Assembly: GCF_963921235.1 (NCBI RefSeq)
Contig: NC_086097.1
Coordinates: 94,490,001 to 94,554,000, forward strand
DNA from: Mobula hypostoma
Taxonomy: Eukaryota
DNA length: 64,000 nucleotides
Direction of reading: 5' to 3'
The stretch's first letter is position 1. Every line of letters begins with the position of its first letter. The notes under the pieces are model-generated. The model was given only the letters and a program-made list of their open reading frames with translations. It searched no databases and was not told where the DNA came from. Below, piece by piece: positions 1 through 12,769 of this stretch. Position numbers and translations under genes: made by a program.

Positions 1-160
1 CAGCAAACCAGGCATTTCAGAAGTTTCTCCAGATGTCCTCCGTGCTTCTCACGTCCGTCTCCATCAAATCAGGATTGTGCATGGCACCTATTTAACAAAT
101 ACGATATCATTTCACCGGCGAGGTCGCGCGTGCTGCATCGCGCCGCCGTCTTCTCCTCCC
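1..160 (-). mobile_element. CpG-rich probable 5' end of a retroelement running out of the window
   Basis: The minus strand starts GGAGAAGACGGCGGCGCGATGCAGC, resembling the AAGATGGCG-type 5' ends of fish LINEs; no ORF is recognised. Confidence 0.3.
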
Positions 161-164
161 TTGC

Positions 165-395
165 TTTATCATGAACCTCTCTACCTCTGTTCTAAAAATA
201 CTGAAAGACTCTGCTTCCACCACCTTTTCAGGTTCCAAAAGCAGAGACAAAGAGAAAACAGTCTTGAATGGACGGCTACTACTTTCTTTAAGAACAGACA
301 CCTTCCTAGTTCTAGATTCCCCCTCAAGAAGAAAGGCCCTCTCCACATCTACCCTGTATGTTTCCATCAAGTCCCCTCTCACTCTTCTAAAGTAG
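165..395 (-). mobile_element. Degenerate CR1 LINE 3' fragment
   Basis: ORF 107..382 reads RGDLMETYRVDVERAFLLEGESRTR, the CR1 ORF2 C-terminal motif (RGDLIE..SRTRGH). Confidence 0.65.
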
Positions 396-420
396 TGGAC
401 TCAAGCTTGGCCTCTCCTAC

Positions 421-702
421 CTTTCCCCATACTACGAACCATCCAATCCCGAGCCCAAAATGCTGATGCACTTTAACGGCTACGGGGTGCATTGCACTGA
501 CGTGTGGCTGTTCCGAAAAATGCAAGCCATTGCTCAGTGCAAGAGACCGAAAGAGAGAGCATCTCTTTGATTCAAAGGTATTACTGAAGCCAACATGGAG
601 ATGTCGTCCATCTATGAGACGTCCAACCGTAGCATCTGCTCTCTCAGTTGGAAGAATAGGAATGCTCCCACTCATGAAAGGCAGATCAACTAAAGTATAA
701 AC
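421..702 (-). other. Candidate 282-nt exon of unknown product
   Basis: Minus-strand acceptor ctttcctctcgttagcag| at 703/702 and donor GGAAAG|gtagga at 421/420. Open in phase 0-0 (frame of ORF 379..675) and relatively CpG-rich. The acceptor overlaps antisense CR1 sequence. Confidence 0.25.
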
Positions 703-704
703 CT

Positions 705-1235
705 GCTAACGAGAGGAAAGATGTCATGAAGGTGGAAAGAATGCAGAGGTGATGTTACCAGGTTTTAAGGGATGGATTCTGAGCAGGTTGGGACTATTTT
801 CTTTGGAGCATTGGAGGATGAGGGATGGTCTTATAGAAGTATATGGAATCACGAAGGACACAGTCTTTTACCCCCAGATTGGGGAATCAGGAAGTAAAGG
901 ACTGAGGTTTAAGGTGAGAGGGGAGAGATTTAATAGGAGGTTCGGCAGCAGATTTTTCATCCAAACGGCAGTCGGTATATGGAATGAGTTGCCAGAGGTG
1001 GTGGTTGAGGAAGGTACATGGACAATATTTAAAAGGCACTTCTGCAGATACATGGATAGGAAAGGTTCAGAGCAGGGGCTCCTGACCTTATTTATGCCAC
1101 GGACCCCTACCATTAACTGAGAGGTCTGTGGACCCCCGGTTTAGAGGGATGTGGGCCAAGTACAGGCAAATGGGAAGCTGCTTAAGTGGAATTGTGATCG
1201 GCTAATGAGGCTTTTTCCATGCTGTAGGACTCCAT
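705..1235 (+). mobile_element. Degenerate CR1 LINE 3' fragment, interrupted by a small MITE-like insert at about 1073-1141
   Basis: ORF 749..1120 reads LGLFSLEHWRMRDGLIEVY...WNELPEVVVE. Confidence 0.8.
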
Positions 1236-1864
1236 CGCGAGCAATGTAGTCAGGGCCGTGATAGCTAAACTAATCAGGTGCCGCGGGAAAAAAAAATTTA
1301 CAATCCAGAAAAGAATTTGCAGACTCAAACTGATTTAGACGTGGCATTAAGCAAGGCACTTCTCTCTACTGCTGTTTCTTATAAGGAACAGATGGCAGGT
1401 AGTTTGTGACGATATAATTCAGCTCTGCAACCTCTGACCCAGTCAGGAGAGGAATAAATTGCATGCAAAGCATCAGCTCGTGGGGATATGGTTATGTGAA
1501 TGAAGGACGACCGTATCAATCAGGGGAAAGAGCACCAATATCTGCATGCCCTGTGAAATGCCAGGGTGGAGCGTATTGATGGCGTGGATTAATTTCTGCT
1601 CCACACACTGTCATCTTGATCCTTGCCAAGGAGAAGGTGTCAGCCTCACCAGCTACTCTGCCCATGTGCAAAACAAATACTCTCCAGCCACAGGGACACC
1701 CTGTTTCCCTTGGGGGAACCAGCAGAAATCTGAAACAAAAGCATGGAGCAGAGGTCAGTAATCAAAGGTCATTCACGGCCTTGCTGCACGCCCTCTTCAC
1801 TCCAATGATGTCATTCAACCTCCATCTTCTCCTGGTCCAGTGGACACTGACTATGGCCCCAAAT

Positions 1865-4392
1865 AATAGAACATGGAACAGTAAAGCACAGGAAAAGGCC
1901 CTTCAGCCCACAATGTTGTGCTGAACCAATTGAATTAGTACTCAGATGGCCAACCTAACTACTCCCTCTGCCTGCGCAATGTCCATATCCTCCCATTTTC
2001 CCTACATTCAATGTGCCTGTCTCAACATCTCTCAAGTCTCTAATATAGCTGCCTCTACTACCAATCCAAGTGATGCATTCCAAAACCCCACCACTGTGTA
2101 AAAATAACTTGCCCCTCACATCTCCTTTGAATTTACCCCACCCCCTCTCACCTTAAATGTATGCCCTTTGCTATTTCAACCCTGGGGGAAAGATGCTGTC
2201 TGCCAATTCTACCTATGCCTCTCAGTTTAATAAACCTCAACCAGCTCACCCTTCAGCCTCCGTCACCCCAGAGAAAATGACCCCAGTTTGCCCAACCCCT
2301 CGCTGTCCTCTAAACCAGGCAGCATCCTGGCAAACCTCTTCTGCAGCCTCTCCAAAGCCTTCCTTTAGTGAGGCAACCAGAAAAGTATGCAGGTCTCCTC
2401 ATACGGCCTGACTAGGGTTTCATAAAGCTTCCTGACTTTTGAACTCAGTGTTTCAACTAATACAAGCAAGTATGCCATATGCTTTCTTAACCACCTTATT
2501 GACCTCTGTAGCCAAAGGTCAAAGTTCAAAACAAATTTATTATCGAAGTACATAGATCGTATATCACCATATACAACAGTGAGATGTACTTGTGGGCATA
2601 CTCAATAGATCCAATAACCATAATAGAATGAAGTGACCACACCCAACAGGGTGGACAACCAGAATGCAAATACAAATGAAATAAATAAATAAGCAATAAA
2701 TAGAGAACATGAGATGAAGAGTCCTTGAAAGTGAGCCCATTGAATCGAAAAACTGTTCCTGAGCGTGTGGCATGGGGCCTGAGGCTCCTGTACCTGATGG
2801 CAGCAGTGAGAAGAGAACACGACCTGGGTGGTGGGGGTCCCCGATGATGGATGCTGCTTTCCTGTGACAACGCTGTGTGTAGATGAGCTCAACGATGGCG
2901 GGGGGGCGGGGGGGGCGGCTTTACCCGTGATGGACTGGGTCGTATCCACTACTTTTTGTAGGATTTTCTGTTCAAAGGCATTGGTGTTTTCATACCAGCC
3001 TGTGATACAACCGGTCAATATACTCTCCACCACACATCTACAGAATCTGTCCAAGTTTTAGATGACATGCCGAATCTTCGCAAACTTCCAAGGAAGTAGA
3101 GGCGCTGCCGTGCTTTCTTTATAATTGCACTTACAGTACGTGCTGGGCCCAGTACAGGTCCTCTGGAATAATAATACCAAGGAATTTAAAGTTGCCGTCC
3201 CTCTCCTCCTCTGATCCCAGTGAGGGCTGGCCCATGGGCCTCTGGTATCCATCCTCCTCCTGAAGTCAAAAATCAGCTCCTTGGTCTTGCGGACATTGAG
3301 TGAGAGGTTGTTGCTGTGGCACCACTCAGCCAGACTTTCAATCTCCCTCCTGTATGTTGATTCGTCACCACCTTTGATTCAGCCGACAGTGGTGTCATCA
3401 GCAAACTTAAGTATTGTGTTTGAGTTGTACTTAGCCACACAGTCATAACTTAGACTGCAAGATCCCTCTGCTCATCATTACTGTTAAGAATCTTGCCCTG
3501 CACTGTCACTTTACATTTGACCCACCAATATGCAATACTTCACATCTGGTCAGGTTAAACTCCACCTATTTCTCCACCCATATCTGCAACTGATCTATAT
3601 CCCATTGCCAATCTTCTGTGCTATCCACAACACCACCAATCCTTGTGTAATCTGCAAATTTACTAACCCACCCATCTACATTTTCATCCAGGTCATTTAT
3701 ATACATCACAAACAGCAGCAGTCCCAGTATAGGTCCCTGAGGAACAGCATTAATCACAGACCTCCAGCTAAAATGAGCACCTTCGACCACTATCCTGTCT
3801 TCTATGGGCAAGCCAGTTCTGAATCCACATGGGCAATTCACCATGGATCCCATGTAGCTTAATCTTCTTAGTGAGCCTCTCATGAGGGACCTTGTCAAAC
3901 TCCTTACTAAAATCCATGTAGACAACATCTGCAGTTCTACCTTCATCAATTACCCGTCATCTCGGCAAAAAAACTCAAATCATTGGTAAGACATGACTTA
4001 CCCTGTACAAGATATGCTAGTTCTCCCTAATTACACCATGGTTTCCAAATGCCCATAAATTCTATTCCTGGGAATTCTCTCCAGTTACTTCCCTGCCAAT
4101 GACACAAGATTCACTGGTCTAGTATCTAGGATTATCCCTGCTTTTCTTCTCAAATAATGGAACAACATTAGCTACTCACCGGTCCTCCAGGACTGCACCT
4201 GTGGCTCAAGAGGACACAAAGATATTGGTCAATACAACTGCAATCTCTTCTCTTGCCTCTCTCAATAACCTGGGGTACATCACATCAGGCCCTGCGGATT
4301 TATCCACCTTAATGTCTATCCAATCCATACTCCAAGTTCATCACTTTTCCCCATAATACTCCTAGCATTAAAATACACACACTTCAGACAAT
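1865..4392 (-). mobile_element. Degenerate CR1 LINE split by a nested Rex1-type LINE, with an internal deletion
   Basis: 3' tail near 1865. RT motifs VPQGPILG and SKFADYT in ORF 3566..3949. APE start (VYFNARSIMGK-like) at about 4330-4390. Confidence 0.8.
2516..3450 (-). mobile_element. Rex1/Babar-type LINE 3' portion nested in CR1
   Basis: KFADDTT-like motif near 3390-3410; ORF 2602..3054 reads CVVESILTGCITGWY; tail of (tttgaac)-like repeats at about 2516-2530. Confidence 0.75.
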
Positions 4393-4414
4393 TGGCCCTA
4401 TCATATCTAATACA

Positions 4415-4495
4415 CGAGGGGCTCCCAACCTGGAGACCATGGACCTCTCGGTTAATGGTAAGGGTCCACGGCATAAAAAAGGTCGGGAACCTCTG
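4415..4495. mobile_element. About 80-bp hAT-like MITE; related inverted copy at about 1073-1141
   Basis: Termini resemble CAGGGGTTCCCAACC...GGTCGGGAACCTCTG. The core tatgccacggacccctaccattaac at 1.1 kb is its reverse complement. Confidence 0.5.
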
Positions 4496-5019
4496 TAATC
4501 GATGAACTTCCTCAACACAGACTAGGAATCTGACCTACAATGGTGGAATTTTTAAACAATTTTCTAATTTACCCAAGATCTACTGGGAATAAATATTAGA
4601 ATGAGAAGTCAATGACAAATGGACATTGGAACACAACATTTCCAATGAACTTCCCATTTGAGGAGATGCAGAAGACTGCAGATGCTGCAATCTGGAGCAA
4701 CACACAAAGCACTCGAGGATCCACAGAGAGAAAAGGGCATTTGACATTTGATCGAGACCCAGTCCAGAAGGGACCTGACCACCGAGTTTCTCCAGTCTTT
4801 GTGCGTTACTCCACTTGAGGAACACCTTTTAATTACAACGATGTCTCAAAGTGCTCTCCAGCCAGTGAAGTATTTTTATATTGTTGTGACGTAAGAAAAT
4901 ACTCCACAAAGAAAATACCTAAAACAGAAGAGCAATAACTTTAAGATCAACTTTACTCAAGTGCAAACATTAGCCAGGGCTCAGGACAGAACACTCTTGT
5001 TCCTTTTCAGACTATTACT

Positions 5020-5412
5020 CACTTCCCCTCAAGGGGTTAGATGGTCTTATCATCATCATGCGTCGTGCTGCATGATGTGGGAGATCATGGTCTATTAACC
5101 ATAATTATTCTTGGCAAATTTTTCTACAGAAGTGGTTTGCCATTGCCTTCTTCTGGACAGTGTCTTTACAAGATGGGCGAGCCCAGTCGTTATCAATACT
5201 CTTCAGAGATTGTCTGCCCAGTATCAGCGGTCACATAACCTGGACTTGTGATATGAACCAGCTGCTCATACGACCATCCACCACCTGCTGTCATGGCTTC
5301 ACGTGACCCTGATCAGGGGTGGAGGGGCTAGGCAGGTGCTACACCTTGCCCAAGGGTGACCTTCAGGCTGGCGGAGGGAAGGGACACCTCACACCTCCTT
5401 TGGTAGAGACGC
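5020..5412 (-). repeat. Non-autonomous interspersed repeat, probably RTE-related
   Basis: Resembles the repeat at about 27885-28400 in the opposite orientation; no ORF. Confidence 0.35.
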
Positions 5413-6494
5413 ATCTCCATTCCACCACGCAAAACTGTTATCACGGGATCTGGCTCGAGGGTTCAGATGGGATGTTCGTTTACGTCCCAATAACCCTCCT
5501 TCTATCCACAGCTGCCGATAGTCTTTCAATGGGGTTTTGCCGCAAGGTACTGTTAAAACTACAACGCAGCTGCTTGATGCCTGGGCTCGATGATACACGC
5601 TGGGTTCAGCTGGCAGTGAACTGCAGGGCACCTTGCCACAACTCAGAGACATCCTGGTTCAGAGGCACAGGCTTTGCCAAAAGTAATCATCCTCTCGGTG
5701 AAACCCTGTCAGACTCAGCCCCCCGACCTCCAGCAGGTGAGTCGGAGGCGCTTGCTATAATCTTGAGGCTTGGGGTTGTGTTTTGGACAGGGTAAAGTCA
5801 CAACTTGTTTGGGGTTGTCTGTAGCCAAGCATTGTTGTTTCCCACAGGCTCATCTGTCTTTCAACAGCATCACAGCACATTTCATTGTCCTTTAGCTGCC
5901 TATGCGTCAGGTATCGTGTCAACTGTACGAACACAAGGTTTTACTTTCGGTTTAAGTTTTCAGGAAGGTCAGCTCAGCTCCGAGGCAAGGGTATCTGCAC
6001 AGTCCAGGGAATCGCTTTATTGAAGGGGCAGGAATCAAATGGGAAGAGGCAAGTTCACAGTCTTCATGTATTTGATACGCACACAATGGAATTCTCTTGG
6101 CAAATGAAACCTCAATAGCAAAAGTCTGTAGCAATCAGCACTTGGAGAGGGAAGAGTTAACGGGAGGAGTGGGGGATGCAGGCAGAGTGTGATGTGACAC
6201 CAGGGTGTACCATACACTGTGTTAAATAGCTTAGATAAGATAAACGCTCCAGAGGAAAGCAAGCCAGGGGTCAGAGGTAACAGTGGAAAGTAAATCTAAG
6301 TCAGTTGTGTGTCAGGGAAGACAGAGGGGTCAGGGTGCAAGGTGGGGACGATTGTCAGACGGAGACAGGGGCAGCTGCTGGCAGTCCGGGTGCACGACTG
6401 GAACCTGGGGAGTGTAAGGGTACAAGGCAGGTAGGGGCGTGGGTTCAGAAACATGGAGGGGTTGGAGAGATGGGTTAAGGTATGGGCAAGTCAG

Positions 6495-6720
6495 AAGAAA
6501 AATTAGAGGTGGAGGGAGCTGATAGAGAGGGAGGGAGCTGATAGAGAGGGAGGGAGGGAGAGTTAGAGGTGGAGGGAGCTGATAGAGAAGGAGGGAGGGA
6601 GAGTGAGAGGCAGAGGGAGCTGATAGAGAGGGAGGGAGGGAGAGGAGGAGGTCAGAGCACAAGAGGGGAGGCGGGGGTTGGAGATCTGCAGGAGCCAGAG
6701 TGCAGGGAGCAGGAGCTGGG
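6495..6720. repeat. Purine-rich low-complexity tandem repeat
   Basis: Repeated GGAGGGAGCTGATAGAGAG units. Confidence 0.8.
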
Positions 6721-7039
6721 CTTGAGAAAGAGGGAGCTGGGGCTGCCAGAGGTCAAGGTATGGAGGACGAAGCCAGGGCACAGGGAGCGGGTTGTGGAGG
6801 TGGAGAGTGGGAATGGATCCGGTCTGGGGAAGGAAGGAAGTGCCGGAGGGGAAAGCGTATGGATAGTTACAGTTTAGGAGGGAATACGGGGTAATTGCAG
6901 GCAAATGGGACTATCTTAGATGGTCGGCATGGCGGAGGTCCACTTCCGATGAGTAGCAGCAGGAGAAACGGGGCAAAGAGCGTGGGGGGAGGGGGAGTGG
7001 AAATTCGCAGGGAGAGTACTGGACTAGCAGAGGGACATT

Positions 7040-7330
7040 AAAAGATCAAAGTACATGCAGTACGTCTCCGTCGACATTTGCTACCGAGATTCATCTTCTT
7101 GCAGCCATTAACAACAGAATAAAGACGTACACACAAAGACTAACAACCAATGTGCAAAAGACGACAATCTGAGTAAATATAAATAATACTGACAAAATGA
7201 GCTGTAAAGTTCATGAAAGCTAGATCATTGGTTGTGGAATCAGAATTGAGGTGAGTGAAGTTATCCACGCTGGTTCAGGAGCCTGAAGGATAATAACTGT
7301 TCCTGAACCTGGCTGGGGTGGTTTCTGGTC
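7040..7330 (-). mobile_element. Rex1-type LINE 3' end fragment
   Basis: Minus strand reads RFRNSYYP; the 3' UTR resembles 2516-2760. Confidence 0.5.
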
Positions 7331-7339
7331 CCTGGGCTA

Positions 7340-8110
7340 GGAAAAATTGATCGTGCGCGGGCTGAGCGGCTCCGACTGTGAACGGGATGGGGGGGGGGGG
7401 GGAATACGCTCTACGCTCCGCTCCTTTCATTGATCTCATACCAACCAACTTCACTGAAAGTGAAAAACGAGCCTTGAGCGGCCAAACATAAAACACACTC
7501 GAACGGCCAGGGTTACAGCATTCAACTTCTCCCAAATGACAATTTTAAAATCAAATCAAAAGCCAAGTTACTGGCCAACTTATTTCTCTGCCCAGCCATG
7601 CAGGTGACCGTCCTCTGGAGAAACAAGGCTGCCGGCTGGGCGATCAAACGCCGTCGTTCCCTTCATGAAAGGGACACGGCGGTAACCAGGGGGCTTTGAA
7701 TATCCCGCCCCAGACCACTAGCCGGAGAAGGGGAGGGTGGTGAGGGGTGAATCCCCTCCAGGTATTCCGGGGAAGGGGGCGAAGAGGGCGAACTGGCTGC
7801 GCTTACCTGCTGTTCGGCTCCTCCACGGATCGCGGCTGTTGCGGCAAGAGGGGACGCTCAGTGTGGTCCGGACCGCATTGTACCCAGTCCGGAGTAACCT
7901 TCACCCTTACGCGATGCCGGAGTTCGGAGCCCCGGGCTCCCCTCCCCTCCGCTCCGCTCCGTCCCGCGGGCTCGACGTGCTCGGGAATCAGGTGACTAGT
8001 CAAGTCCTAAAGACCAGCGGCGGAAATTACATCAGCCCCCAACAACAGGACAGCACACACAGATCCTCTCTCCGTTCACATCTCACCGCTCTTCACTCTC
8101 GCTGATGGTC
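7340..8110 (-). promoter_or_regulatory. CpG-island-like promoter / first-exon region with minus-strand donor CAG|GTAAGC (exon end 7807)
   Basis: CpG density is far above the flanks and no TE similarity is recognised. cttacctg lies at 7802-7809. Upstream minus-strand ATGs give only tiny ORFs, consistent with a non-coding exon 1. Confidence 0.55.
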
Positions 8111-8350
8111 CTCAGCGGGAGGAGTTGGTTTCGTCCAATCAGATTCCACCTTCCTCAAACTGACCCCCCCACCTGACCTGACCTGCCTCCTGTACCTGCT
8201 ATCTCACCTAATTCAACTGAACACCTAGCCCTCAACAATCCCAATCTGCCCTGCCACATCCAAACCACACCTGCCATCCAACTAGACTCCCCACCTACCA
8301 ACTATTATATATACCTCTGCCTGCTACCTAGCCCCACCTCCAGCTGTCAC

Positions 8351-8762
8351 TTAGAACATAGAATAGTACAGCACAGTACAGGCCCTTCAGCCCACAATGT
8401 TGTGCCAACCCTTAAACCCTGCCTCCCATATAACCCCCCACCTTAAATTCCTCCATCTAGCAGTCTCTTAAATTTCACTAGTGTATCTGCCTCCACCACT
8501 GACACAGGCAGTGCATTCCACGCACCAACCACTCTCTGAGTAAAAAAACCTTCCTCTATATCCTGCCTTGAACTTCCCACCCCTTACCTTGAAGCCATGT
8601 CCTCTTGTACTGAGTGGTAGTGCCCTGGGGAAGGGGCGCTGGCTGTCCACTCTATCTATTCCTCTTATTATCTTGTATACCTCTATCATGTCTCCTCTCA
8701 TCCTCCTTCTCTCCAAAGAGTAAAGCCCTAGCTCCCTTAATCTCTGATCATAATGCATACAC
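8351..8762 (-). mobile_element. Young 5'-truncated CR1 fragment
   Basis: ORF 8468..8764 reads RLRELGLYSLERRRMRGDMIEVYK; nearly identical to 55610-56030. Confidence 0.9.
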
Positions 8763-9589
8763 ATTGTTGATGTGTCAACAGTCCCTCCCCCACTTGCTTC
8801 TCTCCCCAGACTCCACCTATCAAGACAGGGGAGCAGAGTTATCCAACCCGTCCCACCGAACTCAACTTACCACTCTGTGTCTGCCCCTCCTTACTGCTAT
8901 CCCAGACAATCTTCATCTGGCTCTTCAACTAGGCTACCCCATCAGTCCTAATCTGACCCATCTGCTCACCAGCCAATACAAACCTGGCACTCAACTCCAC
9001 CTCCAAAACTGTCATACCCCGCCCCCCCCATCTGCCTCATACCAAGATCTAACCCATCCAAACTGACCCCTCACTGGTCCACCTGCCTCCTCACCATCCA
9101 AAGGCTCTCCTTACACCCAAGCCAAGCCCCCTTCCTTTCACACCAGCTGACACTTCCTCCAGCTGGCTCAAACTCCTCAACTGTCAACCAGGCCATCACT
9201 CCATCAACACCCAAATCCATCTGTCAGCCAAACCGACTCTCAAATGCCAAAGTCTCTGACCTCCCACCTCACCTGACCCTTCCACCTCCTACCTCCCGCC
9301 GAACCCAGTTCCCCAGCTCCCACGACAGTCCTCAACTCCAGCTGCCACTCAGCCCAAACCCTAACTTCCTATCTCCAGCCTGCCCCTTGCCCAATGGTCA
9401 ACTTTCAGACCACCCATCTGTCACCCCGCATAGCACTCCAATGGCCCTGCCTTCTATTTCCCACCCCTTACCAAGCTGATTTCCAACTTCAGGAGGATCA
9501 AGGTTGTGTGTGGAGATGTGGGGCTGCAGAGACGTCAGGCACTGAAATGGAACTGAGTCCAAGTATCAAGTCAGCTGCAATACATCCTC

Positions 9590-9910
9590 CTTGTTATCTC
9601 CTTGCCCACCCATCACCTCTCTCCAGTGCTCCCCCCCTTTTTTTCTTTCTTCCGTGGCCTTCCGTCTCTTTCACCAATCAACTTCCCAGCTCTTTACTTT
9701 GTCCGTCCCCCTCCAGGTTTCACCTGTCGCCTGGTGTTTCTCTCCCCCCTCTCCCCACTTTCAAATCTACTCCTCAGCTTTTTCTCTCCAGTCCTGCCGA
9801 AGGGTTTCGGCTCGAAACATCGACTGTACATTTTTCCACAGATGCTGCCTGGTCCTCCATCATTTTGTGTGTGTTGCTCGGATTTCCAGCCTCTGCGGAT
9901 TTTCTTCTGT
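9590..9910 (+). mobile_element. Penelope-like element 3'/pLTR fragment
   Basis: Similar to 20780-21170 and 43870-44260; degenerate hammerhead-like core cctgccgaagggtttcggctcgaaac near 9793-9818. Confidence 0.7.
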
Positions 9911-10974
9911 TAGCAATACCTCCCGCTCTTGCTCCCATCTCTCTTCTCGCTGTTTTTCCTATCTCCAGAAATAGAATGACAGGAGAGAGCATGTTCAGTA
10001 TCTGGCGTTGCTAGCTTACAGCCTCATGATACAGCTCCCCATCATAGTGAAAACATTAAGCTACCAGGCATTGGCTAAATGGGCTTGCCTGGCACCCTGT
10101 GCAGACATTGCCATTGCAATACCAGCACACCGTGTCTTACAGAACTGTTCCAAATCCAGTCACTAGGGACAGTCGATGAATCAAAGAATGGCGGCTCTCT
10201 GGCTGTAGCTGAGTGTGTTCCCATTTCACGATCCCTGCTTTACCATGAAGTGGCATTAAACCTGATTACCTCCATGTGCTGTTCCTTCCCTGGAGCTGGG
10301 AAGTGAAGTTGAATGACATTTTTCTTCTCCCTGGGAATGTGTGTTCTGTCATTAAGTTATTGGAGAGCAATTTCCTCACTATTGCTACAGGGTCCAATTA
10401 CAGGATCAAAGAATTGTTCAGCTCAAAGGCTCCCCACCGTGAGACTAAAAGGGACGGGGAATGTGTCAAAGACTTTCCTGCCCTCTTCTTAAAGGGAGTG
10501 ACTGGGCTCACATCCACTAGTCCCCCATGGACGTGCAATAAATGAAGCTCAGAGACTCAGGGGGCGTCCACACTATAAGATGCATAATAAGCAGAAATAG
10601 GTCAGTTACCCCTACCCCACCCCTCTTGAGCTGCTCCACCATTCAATAAGATCAAGTCATGAGTCAGAGACGAGGGATGGCCACTGCTCCGCGACATTCA
10701 TGCTGAACTGAGGCTGGCTTGCGCTGAACGGAGGCGGTGGCCTGACACTAACGGGTTCCTGATCAGCTGCAGTGACGACCGGCTTCGTGGCTGTGGGTTC
10801 ATATTCGTGAAATTGAGTTCTGAATATTATTTGCTTGCTTTTACTGTTTGCACAATTTGTCTTTTTTTCTGCACATTGGGTGTTCTGTGTTTTGTGGCTG
10901 CCCTGTTAGGAGATGAATCTCAAGGTTATATAAAGTAGACATACTTTGATAATAAATGTATTTTGAACTTTGAG

Positions 10975-11515
10975 TTAAATAGCATGCAAATGGCCCTTTG
11001 GCACAAATTCTTCATGCTGACCAAAGTGCCTACCTATTCTAGTCCTTTATGCTCATGTTTGTCACATATCCCTCCAACACTTACCTATCCATGAACCTTC
11101 CAAACTGTTTCTTAAATATTGTAATTGGAGCTCTCTACCACTTCCTCTGGCAACTCATTCCATATATCTGTGTAAAAGAGTGCTGCTTAGATCCCCTTTA
11201 AATCTTTTGTGGGGGAAAAAAAAATCTGCAGTCTCTTGTGCCTCCCTTTAAACCTCATCCTTCTCTCACCTTGACCCTATGCCCACTGGTTTTATACACA
11301 GACTCGAGAAGAAATACTCTGACTGTCTGTCTTATTTAGGGTCCTTATAGTTTTATGTATCTCTATAAGGTCAGTGCCACACCCCCCCCCCACCACCACC
11401 ACCGCTTCCTTCATTCCAGAAAAAATATACCAGCCTATCCAACCTCTTTTCCTAACTCAAGCCCTCCAGCCTCAGCAATGTCCCTGCAAGTCTTTTCTGC
11501 ACACTCTCCAGCTTG
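10975..11515 (-). mobile_element. Degenerate CR1 3' fragment(s)
   Basis: Antisense CR1 ORF2 C-terminus and 3' UTR-like sequence. Confidence 0.6.
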
Positions 11516-12769
11516 ATCATGACACAGCTTCCTAAAGCCACTCAGCCTGTTGTATCGATGCTGACCCTTGGTCCTGTTATTTCCCTGCACAAAATCTACT
11601 GTGTTTTTGACACTGTTACTGGCAGTTTGGCCCACTGGGTAGCCACGGGCATGCACGCAGGATGGATGGTGGCTGAAACCATGGCAACTCAGTGCCTCCT
11701 AACGGTTATTGGCAATCATTGGGCAAACTAAATACAAGTAGATCTGCAGATGCTGGAAATCCAGAGCAACACACACAGAACTCGGTATCTATGGAAAAGA
11801 GAAAACAGTCAATGTTTCAGGCTGAAACAGTCTCACCCATGTTGCTTTGAGCAATCCAGCACTGGAAATACCTCACCCACTATATTCAATCCTGGTAGAA
11901 TTAATGTCAAATCCAGTATGGTTGCTTCCCATTGCTATCCAGGGAATTCTAATGGAAGATGTGAAGTGGATCACAGGTTAAGATCGGATTGGGTTTGCTT
12001 TGCTGGGCCCAGTACGCCAGTTATTTAACTTTGGTTTACACTCTATCCTTTATAAACTTGAGGGCATTCAGTGTTCTTCTGTCCACATCCTAACTCACTC
12101 AACGCTCTCATACTTGCAATAGTTCCCAGCCAGGGTACAGCTCCGATTTAAAATCCTCACCCTCATTTTCAAACTGCCTGTCTCTGTGATTTCCCTCAAC
12201 TCTCACACTTTGAGAGATCCTTGCACCTTTAATTATTGTCTCTCTTTCGTTGGAGGTTCATGATTCTGCTGCCAAAGCTGCAATAGCCTGAACCTAACTC
12301 TCTCTCTCATCCTACAAGATTTACAAACAAGGAGTCATAGTTATAAGGAAAAGGGGCTGATCATTTAAAACTGACTGAAGTGTGTAGAAATTTATTCTCT
12401 CAGAGATTGTTGCACCATTAATGACGTTGAAGGCCAGATCATCAGATATATTAAAGATTGAGTTAGATAAATCAAGGAGAGAGTGAGGAATTGAGGGTAC
12501 ATGAAGAGGCATAGATCAGCCATGATCATATTGAATGGTGGGACAGTCTTGAGAGGTCAAGTGGCTAACTCATGACCTTAAATTCTTGTGCAAAAAACAT
12601 GTTTAAACCCTACCCCTTGACCTGTGTTCTACTGTCTCCTTACATAGCAGGTTGCTTGAACAGCTTTTGTGAAGTGATAAATCCCAATGACCCGATGACC
12701 TGAAAGTGGTGAAGAAAGTGTTTAGCGGACTGTAACATGAAGTCCCCTCTTATATTCAATGCACTTCAT

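Noticed and set aside
7737..8105. ORFs in the CpG island
   Set aside because: They use non-ATG starts, GC richness depletes stops, and no protein is recognised.
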